Positions 19,901 to 28,295 of a DNA stretch of 64,000 nt are shown piece by piece. Below the pieces are notes generated by a model that was not told the origin of the DNA, searched no databases, and was given only the letters and a program-made list of their open reading frames with translations. Both the position numbers and the translations under genes were made by a program. How positions within the stretch are numbered: position 1 is the first letter of the stretch; every line of letters starts with the position of its first letter. This DNA comes from an uncultured Acidobacteriota bacterium. Lineage in GTDB: Bacteria; Acidobacteriota; Thermoanaerobaculia; Gp7-AA8. The DNA lies in NCBI GenBank assembly GCA_963822445.1, contig CAWGHO010000002.1, forward strand, positions 1,728,001-1,792,000, read 5' to 3'.

Positions 19901-20506
19901 TCGCAATTCCTGGAGTCGCCGGCGGGGATGACGACATCCTCCCTCGGCGCAAACGTCGTGAACTGCCTGCAGCTCGAAGGACAGCCGTCGAGCAGCTCGC
20001 CGCCGCTGTCGCCTTCCGAGTCGTTGCCGGCATCGCCGCCGGCCGTGTCGCCCGCGACCTCGCCGTACGTCACCGTCGCGCCGACGTTCGCGCTCGAGTA
20101 CGACCTCCCGCTCGGTTCCCTCGGCTCGCTCTCCGGTCCGAACGCCGGCCTGATGGCGAAGCTCTTTCTCGGGTGGGGGCCGTCGACGGTCATGCCCGGC
20201 AGTGACGCGGCCGCGGTGTTCGTGCAACTGCCGCAGCTCTCCGCCGGTCTCGGCGGCGGCTTCAATCTCCAGGGAATCCTGAAGACCGTCTTCGGCGACG
20301 CGAACCTGCTCGCGGTCGACGTCGACGGACTGCCGGTGTACGCGCTGCTCTTCAACAACGTGCAGCTCAGCGTGCTCGGTTACGCCTTCCCTCCCGGCGT
20401 GATCGTCGATTTCCTCCTCTTCGCCGGGCAGGCCTCGCAGAACGTGAACACCAACACCAGCAACCTCGCCTGGTTTCTCGGCGTGCTGCCACAGGGGTCG
20501 CCGTAA
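16928..20506 (+). CDS. Giant hypothetical protein 1 (1192 aa; Ser-Pro-rich, Lys-poor, no signal peptide)
   Basis: Long ORF with host-like codon usage; stop overlaps the next start (TAATG). Confidence 0.9.
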   Translation: MNGGTPLQEIAPGLYVIGVSPSSPSFSSPPATTYAYYLTQAVPSPADPAPTLDDTWTDADYSGWYLFLIDPIVDATKFVDEARSQLPALTASPSQLPIGIIWMPDPSDFGAAQGLVLYSPAGQPDLRTLGPGSPPPVAFTWGALTLTIGGARFSLDTAANAITISSPSGSAISLSFCPQGGTVLPYSNVPATPWLVSIPLTGDAAGTLGMTAALELGYLVETFGCGFRYITESSDDAGLYYTFVPPAAPSLDGTFLGFALQLHPLLPCDPAATRLAFDLAGSPPNEYQTASANVVAPYFLTTNGGSFNLVPYDVSADATLAPPGFAFCLAPGSSPSPQLYLAPSGTFQVSSFSSPGETGAQWLCGLTAQEYLQIETNDLVAFIAGMPAYAPGAGSGPAAGHGPTLDATFTTSWLQFPVASSIGSRSYFGMPSASIYYAGIGDSFGTPVVSKLVTFADSATFPIVPYGGIYASVEAGGGVPVFNAGVSPVAFASFESLVLSSERHLRATAGTPGPVFTVSSANGLTSAGEIGSPPPAGTALTPQGFVVQLNAGGTWAQLDLALSPETAGQYLSFNGTPTVVEPAIANVVLQTELFLVVTNPASVGNFSNEISVGGFNFTLGIQPSSPHADDGTLLIFKFNTTASLAQLAERTDLWADTATFVTDVAAAQQQIREAIEVARNYQRGAGASPSSGNPFAYFLSILDVPGWTGILALNCAIDGNGMPEDFQMLLGGIQGQLRAHHLGVERNRVTQDPDGGASLQQSSLFGVIHYASPSSAASPAESPAPLAYGVETLTVVFQNSQITQFNVVVGLTINELFGRETALVVTSLSPPPRNTLEIAGQYQVTGSIGVVTFQTDQAFIYDFPVPAGAARVLDHVLFDSASLVPVSSVPLSGGGTQMTAQFSLAGGIWFSAQPFPGSGDFDLFSYGNGVAADGGLSFTNMTMQIVFTLDSAGAMVPGSQTVTFVPSLLTILPSPGAIRSGSLLGALPLQLSQFLESPAGMTTSSLGANVVNCLQLEGQPSSSSPPLSPSESLPASPPAVSPATSPYVTVAPTFALEYDLPLGSLGSLSGPNAGLMAKLFLGWGPSTVMPGSDAAAVFVQLPQLSAGLGGGFNLQGILKTVFGDANLLAVDVDGLPVYALLFNNVQLSVLGYAFPPGVIVDFLLFAGQASQNVNTNTSNLAWFLGVLPQGSP

Positions 20507-20844
20507 TGAGCTCTCCTCTCGATGTCAACGGCGTGATCGCGTGGCTGAACGGGACGTTCGGCCTGTCCATGCCGGTGCTGCCGTTTTCCGCGCCCTGGCT
20601 CGCGCCGTTCGCCGGCCTCTGGAATCTGCTCGTGCCGGGATCGCTGCCAAAGCCGGGCGATCCCTTCCCCTGGACGATCCCCGTGTCGGGCACGTGGACC
20701 GTGCCCGTCGGCGGCACGTTCGTGCTCGAGAACATCACCATCGTCGTCGCCGCCGGGCCGGCGACGAAGGGATTCCTCGCGCGCGTGAAGCGCGCCCTCA
20801 CCCGCCCGAAGACCAAACGAAAGCGAGCCAACCCGGCGCCGTGA
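20506..20844 (+). CDS. Hypothetical 112-aa protein, hydrophobic/Pro-rich with a basic C-terminal tail
   Basis: Translational coupling to the upstream gene; GC3-rich codons. Confidence 0.7.
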   Translation: MSSPLDVNGVIAWLNGTFGLSMPVLPFSAPWLAPFAGLWNLLVPGSLPKPGDPFPWTIPVSGTWTVPVGGTFVLENITIVVAAGPATKGFLARVKRALTRPKTKRKRANPAP

Positions 20845-20899
20845 ACGGCGTCTCGCACTGCTACGTCCACCGCCTTCATTTCACTCGCGAACAAGGAGA

Positions 20900-21358
20900 A
20901 TGATCATGCCCTCACCAACCCCTCCCGGCACCAGCGTTTCCGTCTCGGCGACCCTGCAGTTCTCGGGTCAGGACGTCGTCATCAGCAGCGGCGACATCTC
21001 CAATGCCTCCCAGGCGCTCTCGAACCTCGTTTTCTCGCTCACGGCACCGGTCACCCTCGGTTCGTTCGACAACTTCATCGATGCGCTGCACGCCGACCTC
21101 GGCGTGCCGCTCACGTCCTCCGAGATCACCAGCGCGATCGATGAGATCCCGAGCTCGCCGGCCGTGCTCGGTGCGATCAAGAACGACCTGCTGGCGATCG
21201 TGAGCACGCCGCTCATCCTCAACACGCTCAACGTCAACACTGCCGCCGGGGCGTATTCGGTCGGCGTTTCGTTCCCGGTGCACATCCCGATCACGAGCTT
21301 CCTCTCGTTCAACGGCATCGGCGTCCTCGTCTCCTACCAGTCGGCCAGTCCCGCATAG
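20900..21358 (+). CDS. Hypothetical 152-aa protein
   Basis: AAGGAG ribosome-binding site (start 20900 or 20906); ends SASPA; 7 nt before the next gene. Confidence 0.85.
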   Translation: MIMPSPTPPGTSVSVSATLQFSGQDVVISSGDISNASQALSNLVFSLTAPVTLGSFDNFIDALHADLGVPLTSSEITSAIDEIPSSPAVLGAIKNDLLAIVSTPLILNTLNVNTAAGAYSVGVSFPVHIPITSFLSFNGIGVLVSYQSASPA

Positions 21359-21365
21359 GCGAACG

Positions 21366-24300
21366 ATGAGCACCGACGTCATTCTGCAGCTCAGCGGCAC
21401 CCTCTTCGGCGTCGATCTCGACGCCGAAGTGGTGGTGGCGGGAGGTCCGCTCTCCTTCCGCCTGGCGCCCGCGCAGCCGATTCCGTTCGAGGAGATCTGG
21501 AACGCGATCGACACCGAGCTGCAGAACATCGCCGGCTTCAGCCTGCCGGACATCGCCGGCGGTCCGTGGGGCGGACTGTTCGGCGCGGGCGGTACGGTGA
21601 TGCCGACGCTGTGGATCGCGCCTTCCGGTCCGGGCCCTGCCGCGGGCACGTATCTCCAGCTCGATTTCTCGGAGCCGATCCAGATCGGCGGAACGTTCTC
21701 GACGCCCATCGGCACGATCACCATCGAGCCGAACTTCCAGGTCTGGAGTCTCTACTTCGGCTACGACCAGGCCACAGGGCCGGGCCTGGCCATTCGCGCG
21801 AAGATCTCGACGTCGAGCGCCGGCAGCGCCGCCACTTCCGACAAGGCGCAGATCGTCAGCTATCCGTTTCCCGTGCCGGTGCAGCCGTCCTCGAACGGGT
21901 TCCAGGTGAACTACCTCGGGCTCGGACAGCGCATCGGGCCCACCGTCAACGTCACCGGAGACGATCCGCTCGCCGCGATCTTCCAGCAGTTGGAGACGGA
22001 GCTCGTCGGCACCGATCCGCGGACGATCCTCACGACGCTCGCGAATGATTTCTACCAGCCGGATCGCGACTGGTTCATTGCCGCGGACATCTCCCTGCGT
22101 GGGTTCCGCGTGCGGATCCTCTTCAACGATCCGGTGCTTTACGGGCTGGAGATCACGGTCAGCTCGTCTCCGCCAACGTTCTTTTCCGGCCTGCTCTTCG
22201 AGATCCTCTACCAGAAGCTCGGCCCGAATCTCGGCGTTTACTACGGTGCGCTCACGCTGCCGATGGCTATGCGCCGCATCGTGCTCGACGGCGTGATCCT
22301 GATCCTTCCGGGCTTCTCGATCTGGGTCTACACCAACGGCGACTTCCGCGTGAACGTCGGCTGGCCCGTCGGCACGAGCTCGATCGGCGTGCAGGTCGGT
22401 CCGCTCATCGGCTGGGGCGGTTTCTATTTCGCGAAGCTGAGCAGCGGAGACAATCCGGGCGCGCAGCCGAGCGTCGATTACAACCCCATCCTCGCGTTCG
22501 GTCTCGGCGTAACGCTGTCGCTCAACGAGAGCTTCAACGCCAGCATCTTCAGCGCGACGATCTCCGTCTCGCTCTCGGCCACGTTCCAGGGATTGCTCGC
22601 GTGGGAGGCTGGCAACTCGATCTCCGGTCCACCCGATCACTACTGGTTTGCCGGCACCGCGGGGTTGTCGGTGCTCATCCAGGGAACGGTCGACTTCGCG
22701 ATCATCAAGGCATCGGTCACGATCAGTTTCACAGCGAACCTCGGCGTCGCCTTCGAGACCGGTTACCAGACCCTCGTCGCGGTCTCGGCGTCGGTCTCCG
22801 TCTCCGTCTCCATTCACGTCATCTTCTTCACGATTCACCTCTCGTTCAGCACGACCGTGAGCACGCAGTGGGTGATCGGCAGCGGCACCGGCATCGCGTC
22901 GGTCAACGGTCCGCAGGCGCCCGGCCTCGCCATCACTGGCGGCTTCGGGGCGCCCGATCCCGTGCACGTGGAAGCGCTCCGCTCGGCGCGGCTACTCATG
23001 GATCGCATGGCGGCAACGCCGCGGCGCGCCGCGAGCCCCACGGATCCAGTCACGCGGCTCGATGAAGCGAGCCGCATCGCCGCGGTGTCGCCCATCTCGA
23101 TCCCGGTGCAGTTCGTTCTCCAGCCGACAGTCGTCTACGACAGTCCTCCTTCGTTCAACGTCATCGCGTCGTTGCTGCTCGAGTCTCCCGGGCCCGGCTC
23201 ATCGCCACCGGCGTCGCCGGCGATGGGAACGCCGTTCGAGAGATTGATCGTGGCGATGGTGGACTGGCTTCTGGCCATGTTTCCGACGGGCACGCTCAGC
23301 GAGCGTTTCGCACAGGTCGTGTCGGCCCTCGGGTCAGGCAATGAAGCGCCGTTCGACGGAGACTGGACCGCGTTTCAGTCGAGTCTTCAGACGTTCCTGC
23401 AGAGTGCCCTCACGTTCGACGTTACCGCCGCGGGAAGCGACTCGCCGTCCGGCGGCATCGACAGCGTGGCCGTCTTTCCGATGCTGTACGGCCTCCAGCT
23501 CGCGTACGTCGACGAGAACGGTGACCCGCAGACGATCGACTTCGACACCTTCAATCCGACTCCCGCGGATTACCCCACCGCGGTGAGCCTGTACTTCGCC
23601 GACTCGCAGTGGAGCGGCAGTCCGGCCGGCAACGGCGGATTCACTTCCCCGTCGCTGAGCATGGCCACGTTCACGCTCGCCGACTACTTCCTCATGCAGG
23701 CGCGCAATGCCGCGAACGCGCTGTACACCGCGGCCACGGCGTACGAGCAGAACGCGACGAACGTTTTCCTCGCGCAAGTCGATGCATTGCGCGCCGGCGG
23801 TGGCTCGCAATGGGACCTCGTCGACGCCACCACCGAGCACGCGGCGGACCTCGTCGGCGGGAACGAGCTCGAAACGCTGCTTCAGCAATTCGACTACGCG
23901 TCCGCCGCGGGGATGGGCTCGCGATTCCTTCTCAACGGACTGCAACTGCCGGTGCCGGCCGACGTGCCGCCCGATCCGACGTTCGAGAACATGAAGAGCG
24001 TTCCGACGGCGGGCCTGTACATCCTCACCGGGCAGCAGTACGCAATCGCGCAGGGCGCGACCACGGCAACCGGGACGTTGAGTCTCGATCCCTCCGCCCC
24101 TTCCGGCTGGATCACGTTCGACGGCGGTTCCACCGGCGCCGTTTCGACGATCGAGCTTCCGTCGTCGATTCCGCCGTCGCCGCTGCCGCAGTGGCAGACG
24201 GGGACACAGAGCCCGTCCGCCGGCACTGCCGTATTCAACGCGCTGCCCGCGGTCACGTCGCATCCGCTGTACGTCTCGCTGAAGAACCAGATCGCGTGGG

Positions 24301-27300
24301 ACGCGAGCGGCATGGCGCAGACGATTCTCGCGCTCCCTGCGCAAGTGAAGCAGCTCCTCGCCGGCGGCGTGCAGCTCCAGATCACCGCCGATCCGCCGGC
24401 GAGCACGAGCTCCGGGTCGCCGGTGGCCGCGCCGCCGCTCATTGCCGCGACTCCGGCGCTGCTCATCCGCATCACGCTGACGCAGGTGCCGTCGAACAGC
24501 ACGAACAGCGTGGCGCCCGGCTCGCCGACGGGATCGTCGCCGCAAGCGGAGCCGCAGCAGTATCTGCCGAACATCTACCAGGTCACCGGGGCCGACGAAG
24601 AGACGCGCGACCGGATCTTCGCGGCGCTGCAATCGGGTCTTTCGGGCGCGTCAATCTCGCTGCTCTATCCCACGTCGGGCAACTCGCCCGGGCCGTCGGG
24701 ACTCGTCTCCGAGGGACTGGGCATCGACGTGATGCTCGTCAAGACGAATCTCTCGACGCTGAACCAGGTCGGCGACGTCGTCATGGCTTTCCGCAAGTCC
24801 GCGGCGACGATGAACGACGACGCATCCTCAGCCACGGTCACCGAGGTGGTCGGGTTCCTCGAGTTGCTCTGGCAGGTGAGCGTTGTCAACGCGCCCGGAT
24901 TCTTCCTCTTCTATGAGAACGACCAGGGCCAGGACCTGCCGTCCTCGCTCTTCTCTTCGGCGGGTACGCAAGGTGGCGGGACGGCGCAGTTCGACGTGCT
25001 CGTGCAGTTCGCGGCGGTGCCCGCGGAGACGGTCAGCGTGCCGCAGTACGCGAGCTGCATCTTCATCGAGGCGCAGAGCGGAAGCGATCCGCTGTACGCC
25101 GGCGTGCTCGATGCGGATGGAGCGCCGCTGCCGCAATGGTTCCCCACGATGCCGCCGGGCAACGTCGGCTTCACCGTGGAATGGGAGCCGCCGGTGACCA
25201 GTCCGAACGATCTCGTGCCGGTGGGTGAGCTCTATCACCTCCTGCAGTACCAGGTGCAGGGAAGCGGCGGCTACATGGAGTCGGTGTGGAGCCTGCCGGT
25301 CGGCCCGATGCAGAACAACGGCGTATTCGCGTCGGCGTCGTCGCCGGAGCTCTGGCAGTACCTCACCAACGTACCGGTGTATCTCGCTTACGGCACGTCG
25401 CCGGCCGAGGCGCCGAGTCCATATGCGATCGTGGGAACGACGGTCGGCGTCGATCTGCGCATCGCCGATGTCTATGGCGATGTGTTGCCGTCGACGTACG
25501 ACGCCACCTTTGCTCCGCTTTATCAGGATGCGCTGATCTCCATCGCGCAGTGGCCCGGCCTGTACGTGCAGTACCGCTTTGTCGCGTCGAGCGGCAACGG
25601 GCAGGCGGTGCTCGAGATCACCGCGACGTTCGATCCCGATTCGGTCGTGCCGCCGGCGGCGTCACCAGCCTCGCCGCAGGGCTCGTTCAACGTGCAGCAG
25701 CAGTGGCAGACCGCGCTGTCGCGTTACGACCTGATCCTGTATCAGCTCGCGGATCCGAATGTCACCGTGTCCGTTGCCACGAGCGTGGCGGGCGGCCCGG
25801 TCGGCGATCCCACTGCGATCGCATCGTCGCTGTACGAGTTTGCTGTCGCCATCGAAGAAGAGATCGCGGTGGCGATGTCGTCGCCGGACGCGGCCTCACA
25901 GGTGACGCGCGTGATCTCGATCGACGTCCCGTTCGCAGCCGTCGTCGCGCAGACCGTCGACATCTTCCAGGTCGGCGTGACGATGACGTTCGCGCGCCAC
26001 GCGGCACTCGTCGATCCGATCGCCGCGGCGAACCTGCCGGGAGCGGTCAGCGTCGCGTACGACGTCCCGGCCGATCTCACTGGTGACGCGGCGTCGCCGA
26101 ACGTCACCCTTTTCGCCCAGGACTTCGAGGCGGCCTTCGCGGGCTTCGACGGTGCCTCCGGCGAGCTCAAGCTCGCGCAACGCTCCGGCGTCTCCACCGG
26201 CTCCTCGGCACCGGTCAGCGAATCGCTCTGGGCGGTGCGCTTCAGCGCCACCGACGGCATTGCACTGTCGATGCAGCCGGGCCTCGCGTACTTCGCGCTG
26301 CAGCCGCTGTCGACCGAGCCGCTCAGCGGTGTGGCCGCGGGCCAGACCTGGTCGAACGTAGACATCGATGCATGGGCACAGCAGTTCCTCGCCGCATACG
26401 ACGCGTTTCTCTCGCCGCAGATGGCGGTGGCGATCGCCGTGCTCGACGCGCAGGACGAAACGAGTGCCTATGAGTCGCTCACCACGACGAAGCAGCAGCT
26501 CGCGAACACGGTTCCCCTCGGCCTGACGCAGATCCTCGCGGCGCAGGCAGGGCTCGGCGATCTGACCGCCGCGCAGACGCGGCTGACGAACGCGATGCTC
26601 ACGCAGCTCGGCAGCGCATTCTCTGTCAGCACGATCGTGCAGGTGCCGGCGACGGTGAGTGTGGCGGCGATGGCCGAGAGTCCCGATCAGACTTCGCAGC
26701 CACCGCAGGTCTACGGCGCTCTCGTTCCGGTCACGGCTGCCAATTCGTCGACGGCATCGACCTACTCGTTCTCTCCGGGAGAAGTCGTGCTCGCGCCGGG
26801 ATCGCAGTGGATGACGTCCCTGCTCACCGTCGCGCAGCCCGGCGAACAGTCGTCGCTTTCGATCGGACTGGCGTATCAGATCAGCTATCTCCAGCACGAC
26901 TTCCTCGGCAACGAAGCGGAGCTCGGCTACACACCCTCGTCGTGGCTCAAGTTCGTCGTGCCCGCCGTGCCGTTGCTCCAGCTTCCGATCACAGCAGCGG
27001 CGGACATCCCGATTCCGCTGATCTTCGAGCCGTCCGCGCCTTCGCTCGTGGTGCAGAGCGCGACCGAGGCTCCTCCGGGATCGCCGGTCAGCCCGAACGA
27101 CATCCAGGGCGAGATCGGGCAGATGCTGCAGTGGAACTACGCCGTCGACATGGCCCTCGCGCTCGAGGCGCAGGACGAGCTCCATTTCGACGTCACGTAC
27201 AACGTTCCCGCCGCACCGAGCGTGCTGACGGCGATGACCGCAACCTCGACCGCGCCGCTGGCGGGCCTGTTCAACGCACTGGCCGAGTTCAGGCAGTGGT

Positions 27301-28295
27301 ATGCCGCGAACTCGCCCGGCTTCGGGCAGATCATCGGTGGAGTCCTGCCGTCGACCGGCAATCCTCCGGGCTCGCCGAGCGTCGCGCGTACGCTCATCGA
27401 CGGCTTCGTGAGTGCGGCGGGCAACGTCGCCTCCGCATGGGCCGCGCTTTATGCACCGCCCGCCTTCCTCGCGGAGTTCGCCGAGGAACAGCCGATCGTC
27501 GACAGCTTCTACCTCACCACCGGCGGCACGACGACGATGCAGCTCTTCGGACAAACGTCGTCGCAGGCGAATCCGCAGTACTGGCCGTCGCTGACGTTCG
27601 CGGACGGCACCACCTGGACGCCCGATGGCGCGGATGCCGTTCCGACGGGCTCGGGCGAAGTCTGGTGGGTGGTCTCGAAGACATTCGCGAGCGTTCCCGA
27701 TCTCTCCACGCTCACGATCGAAATGGGACCGCTGAACATGCTCGATCGGCAGACAGCGATCCTCTCGTCGTACGTGGTGCGCAATGCGACCCTCGCCGGA
27801 CAAGGCGCGAGTCCCGTCTTCGTCTACACGACGCAGGAAGTCACATTTCCGTCCGCGCTGGTCCCGCTGATCAGCCGTGCTTCGATGCCGGTGCTGGAGC
27901 CGGCGGCGACGCTCGCCGACACGCTGACCGACGTTCTCGCTCCGATTGCCGCGCCGGGCGCGCTCCTTGGTACGTACGCGCGGATCGCCGTGAGCTACGC
28001 ATACGCGATCGCCGAGCAGCCGAGCGGTACGCCGCTCATGGTCACGACGGCGGTGCTGCTCGTCGACGACGTCGACCTTGCGGCCAGTCCCGGCGCTCCC
28101 GCGACCATCGCCGCATCGATGGCCGGCCTGATCGAGTCGTGGCACCAGACCTTCGCACCGCCTTCGACCGGCGCGCTGCTGACGCTCGCGCTGACCCTCT
28201 TCGCCAGTGCGCAGCAGTACCCGATCATCGAGATCGATCAGATCCCCATCGACGTGAGCGCCGTGGATCACGCCTGGTGGCAGGGAGGAACATGA
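21366..28295 (+). CDS. Giant hypothetical protein 2 (2309 aa; amphipathic beta-strand N-terminal region, Ser-Pro-rich loops)
   Basis: Longest ORF in the window; no signal peptide; ATGA overlap with the downstream glycosyltransferase. Confidence 0.92.
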   Translation: MSTDVILQLSGTLFGVDLDAEVVVAGGPLSFRLAPAQPIPFEEIWNAIDTELQNIAGFSLPDIAGGPWGGLFGAGGTVMPTLWIAPSGPGPAAGTYLQLDFSEPIQIGGTFSTPIGTITIEPNFQVWSLYFGYDQATGPGLAIRAKISTSSAGSAATSDKAQIVSYPFPVPVQPSSNGFQVNYLGLGQRIGPTVNVTGDDPLAAIFQQLETELVGTDPRTILTTLANDFYQPDRDWFIAADISLRGFRVRILFNDPVLYGLEITVSSSPPTFFSGLLFEILYQKLGPNLGVYYGALTLPMAMRRIVLDGVILILPGFSIWVYTNGDFRVNVGWPVGTSSIGVQVGPLIGWGGFYFAKLSSGDNPGAQPSVDYNPILAFGLGVTLSLNESFNASIFSATISVSLSATFQGLLAWEAGNSISGPPDHYWFAGTAGLSVLIQGTVDFAIIKASVTISFTANLGVAFETGYQTLVAVSASVSVSVSIHVIFFTIHLSFSTTVSTQWVIGSGTGIASVNGPQAPGLAITGGFGAPDPVHVEALRSARLLMDRMAATPRRAASPTDPVTRLDEASRIAAVSPISIPVQFVLQPTVVYDSPPSFNVIASLLLESPGPGSSPPASPAMGTPFERLIVAMVDWLLAMFPTGTLSERFAQVVSALGSGNEAPFDGDWTAFQSSLQTFLQSALTFDVTAAGSDSPSGGIDSVAVFPMLYGLQLAYVDENGDPQTIDFDTFNPTPADYPTAVSLYFADSQWSGSPAGNGGFTSPSLSMATFTLADYFLMQARNAANALYTAATAYEQNATNVFLAQVDALRAGGGSQWDLVDATTEHAADLVGGNELETLLQQFDYASAAGMGSRFLLNGLQLPVPADVPPDPTFENMKSVPTAGLYILTGQQYAIAQGATTATGTLSLDPSAPSGWITFDGGSTGAVSTIELPSSIPPSPLPQWQTGTQSPSAGTAVFNALPAVTSHPLYVSLKNQIAWDASGMAQTILALPAQVKQLLAGGVQLQITADPPASTSSGSPVAAPPLIAATPALLIRITLTQVPSNSTNSVAPGSPTGSSPQAEPQQYLPNIYQVTGADEETRDRIFAALQSGLSGASISLLYPTSGNSPGPSGLVSEGLGIDVMLVKTNLSTLNQVGDVVMAFRKSAATMNDDASSATVTEVVGFLELLWQVSVVNAPGFFLFYENDQGQDLPSSLFSSAGTQGGGTAQFDVLVQFAAVPAETVSVPQYASCIFIEAQSGSDPLYAGVLDADGAPLPQWFPTMPPGNVGFTVEWEPPVTSPNDLVPVGELYHLLQYQVQGSGGYMESVWSLPVGPMQNNGVFASASSPELWQYLTNVPVYLAYGTSPAEAPSPYAIVGTTVGVDLRIADVYGDVLPSTYDATFAPLYQDALISIAQWPGLYVQYRFVASSGNGQAVLEITATFDPDSVVPPAASPASPQGSFNVQQQWQTALSRYDLILYQLADPNVTVSVATSVAGGPVGDPTAIASSLYEFAVAIEEEIAVAMSSPDAASQVTRVISIDVPFAAVVAQTVDIFQVGVTMTFARHAALVDPIAAANLPGAVSVAYDVPADLTGDAASPNVTLFAQDFEAAFAGFDGASGELKLAQRSGVSTGSSAPVSESLWAVRFSATDGIALSMQPGLAYFALQPLSTEPLSGVAAGQTWSNVDIDAWAQQFLAAYDAFLSPQMAVAIAVLDAQDETSAYESLTTTKQQLANTVPLGLTQILAAQAGLGDLTAAQTRLTNAMLTQLGSAFSVSTIVQVPATVSVAAMAESPDQTSQPPQVYGALVPVTAANSSTASTYSFSPGEVVLAPGSQWMTSLLTVAQPGEQSSLSIGLAYQISYLQHDFLGNEAELGYTPSSWLKFVVPAVPLLQLPITAAADIPIPLIFEPSAPSLVVQSATEAPPGSPVSPNDIQGEIGQMLQWNYAVDMALALEAQDELHFDVTYNVPAAPSVLTAMTATSTAPLAGLFNALAEFRQWYAANSPGFGQIIGGVLPSTGNPPGSPSVARTLIDGFVSAAGNVASAWAALYAPPAFLAEFAEEQPIVDSFYLTTGGTTTMQLFGQTSSQANPQYWPSLTFADGTTWTPDGADAVPTGSGEVWWVVSKTFASVPDLSTLTIEMGPLNMLDRQTAILSSYVVRNATLAGQGASPVFVYTTQEVTFPSALVPLISRASMPVLEPAATLADTLTDVLAPIAAPGALLGTYARIAVSYAYAIAEQPSGTPLMVTTAVLLVDDVDLAASPGAPATIAASMAGLIESWHQTFAPPSTGALLTLALTLFASAQQYPIIEIDQIPIDVSAVDHAWWQGGT

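Noticed and set aside
26807-28291. 1481-aa version of the glycosyltransferase ORF
   Set aside because: The extension overlaps the 2309-aa gene in another frame and reads as shadow sequence; the real start at 28292 has a GGAGG site and ATGA coupling
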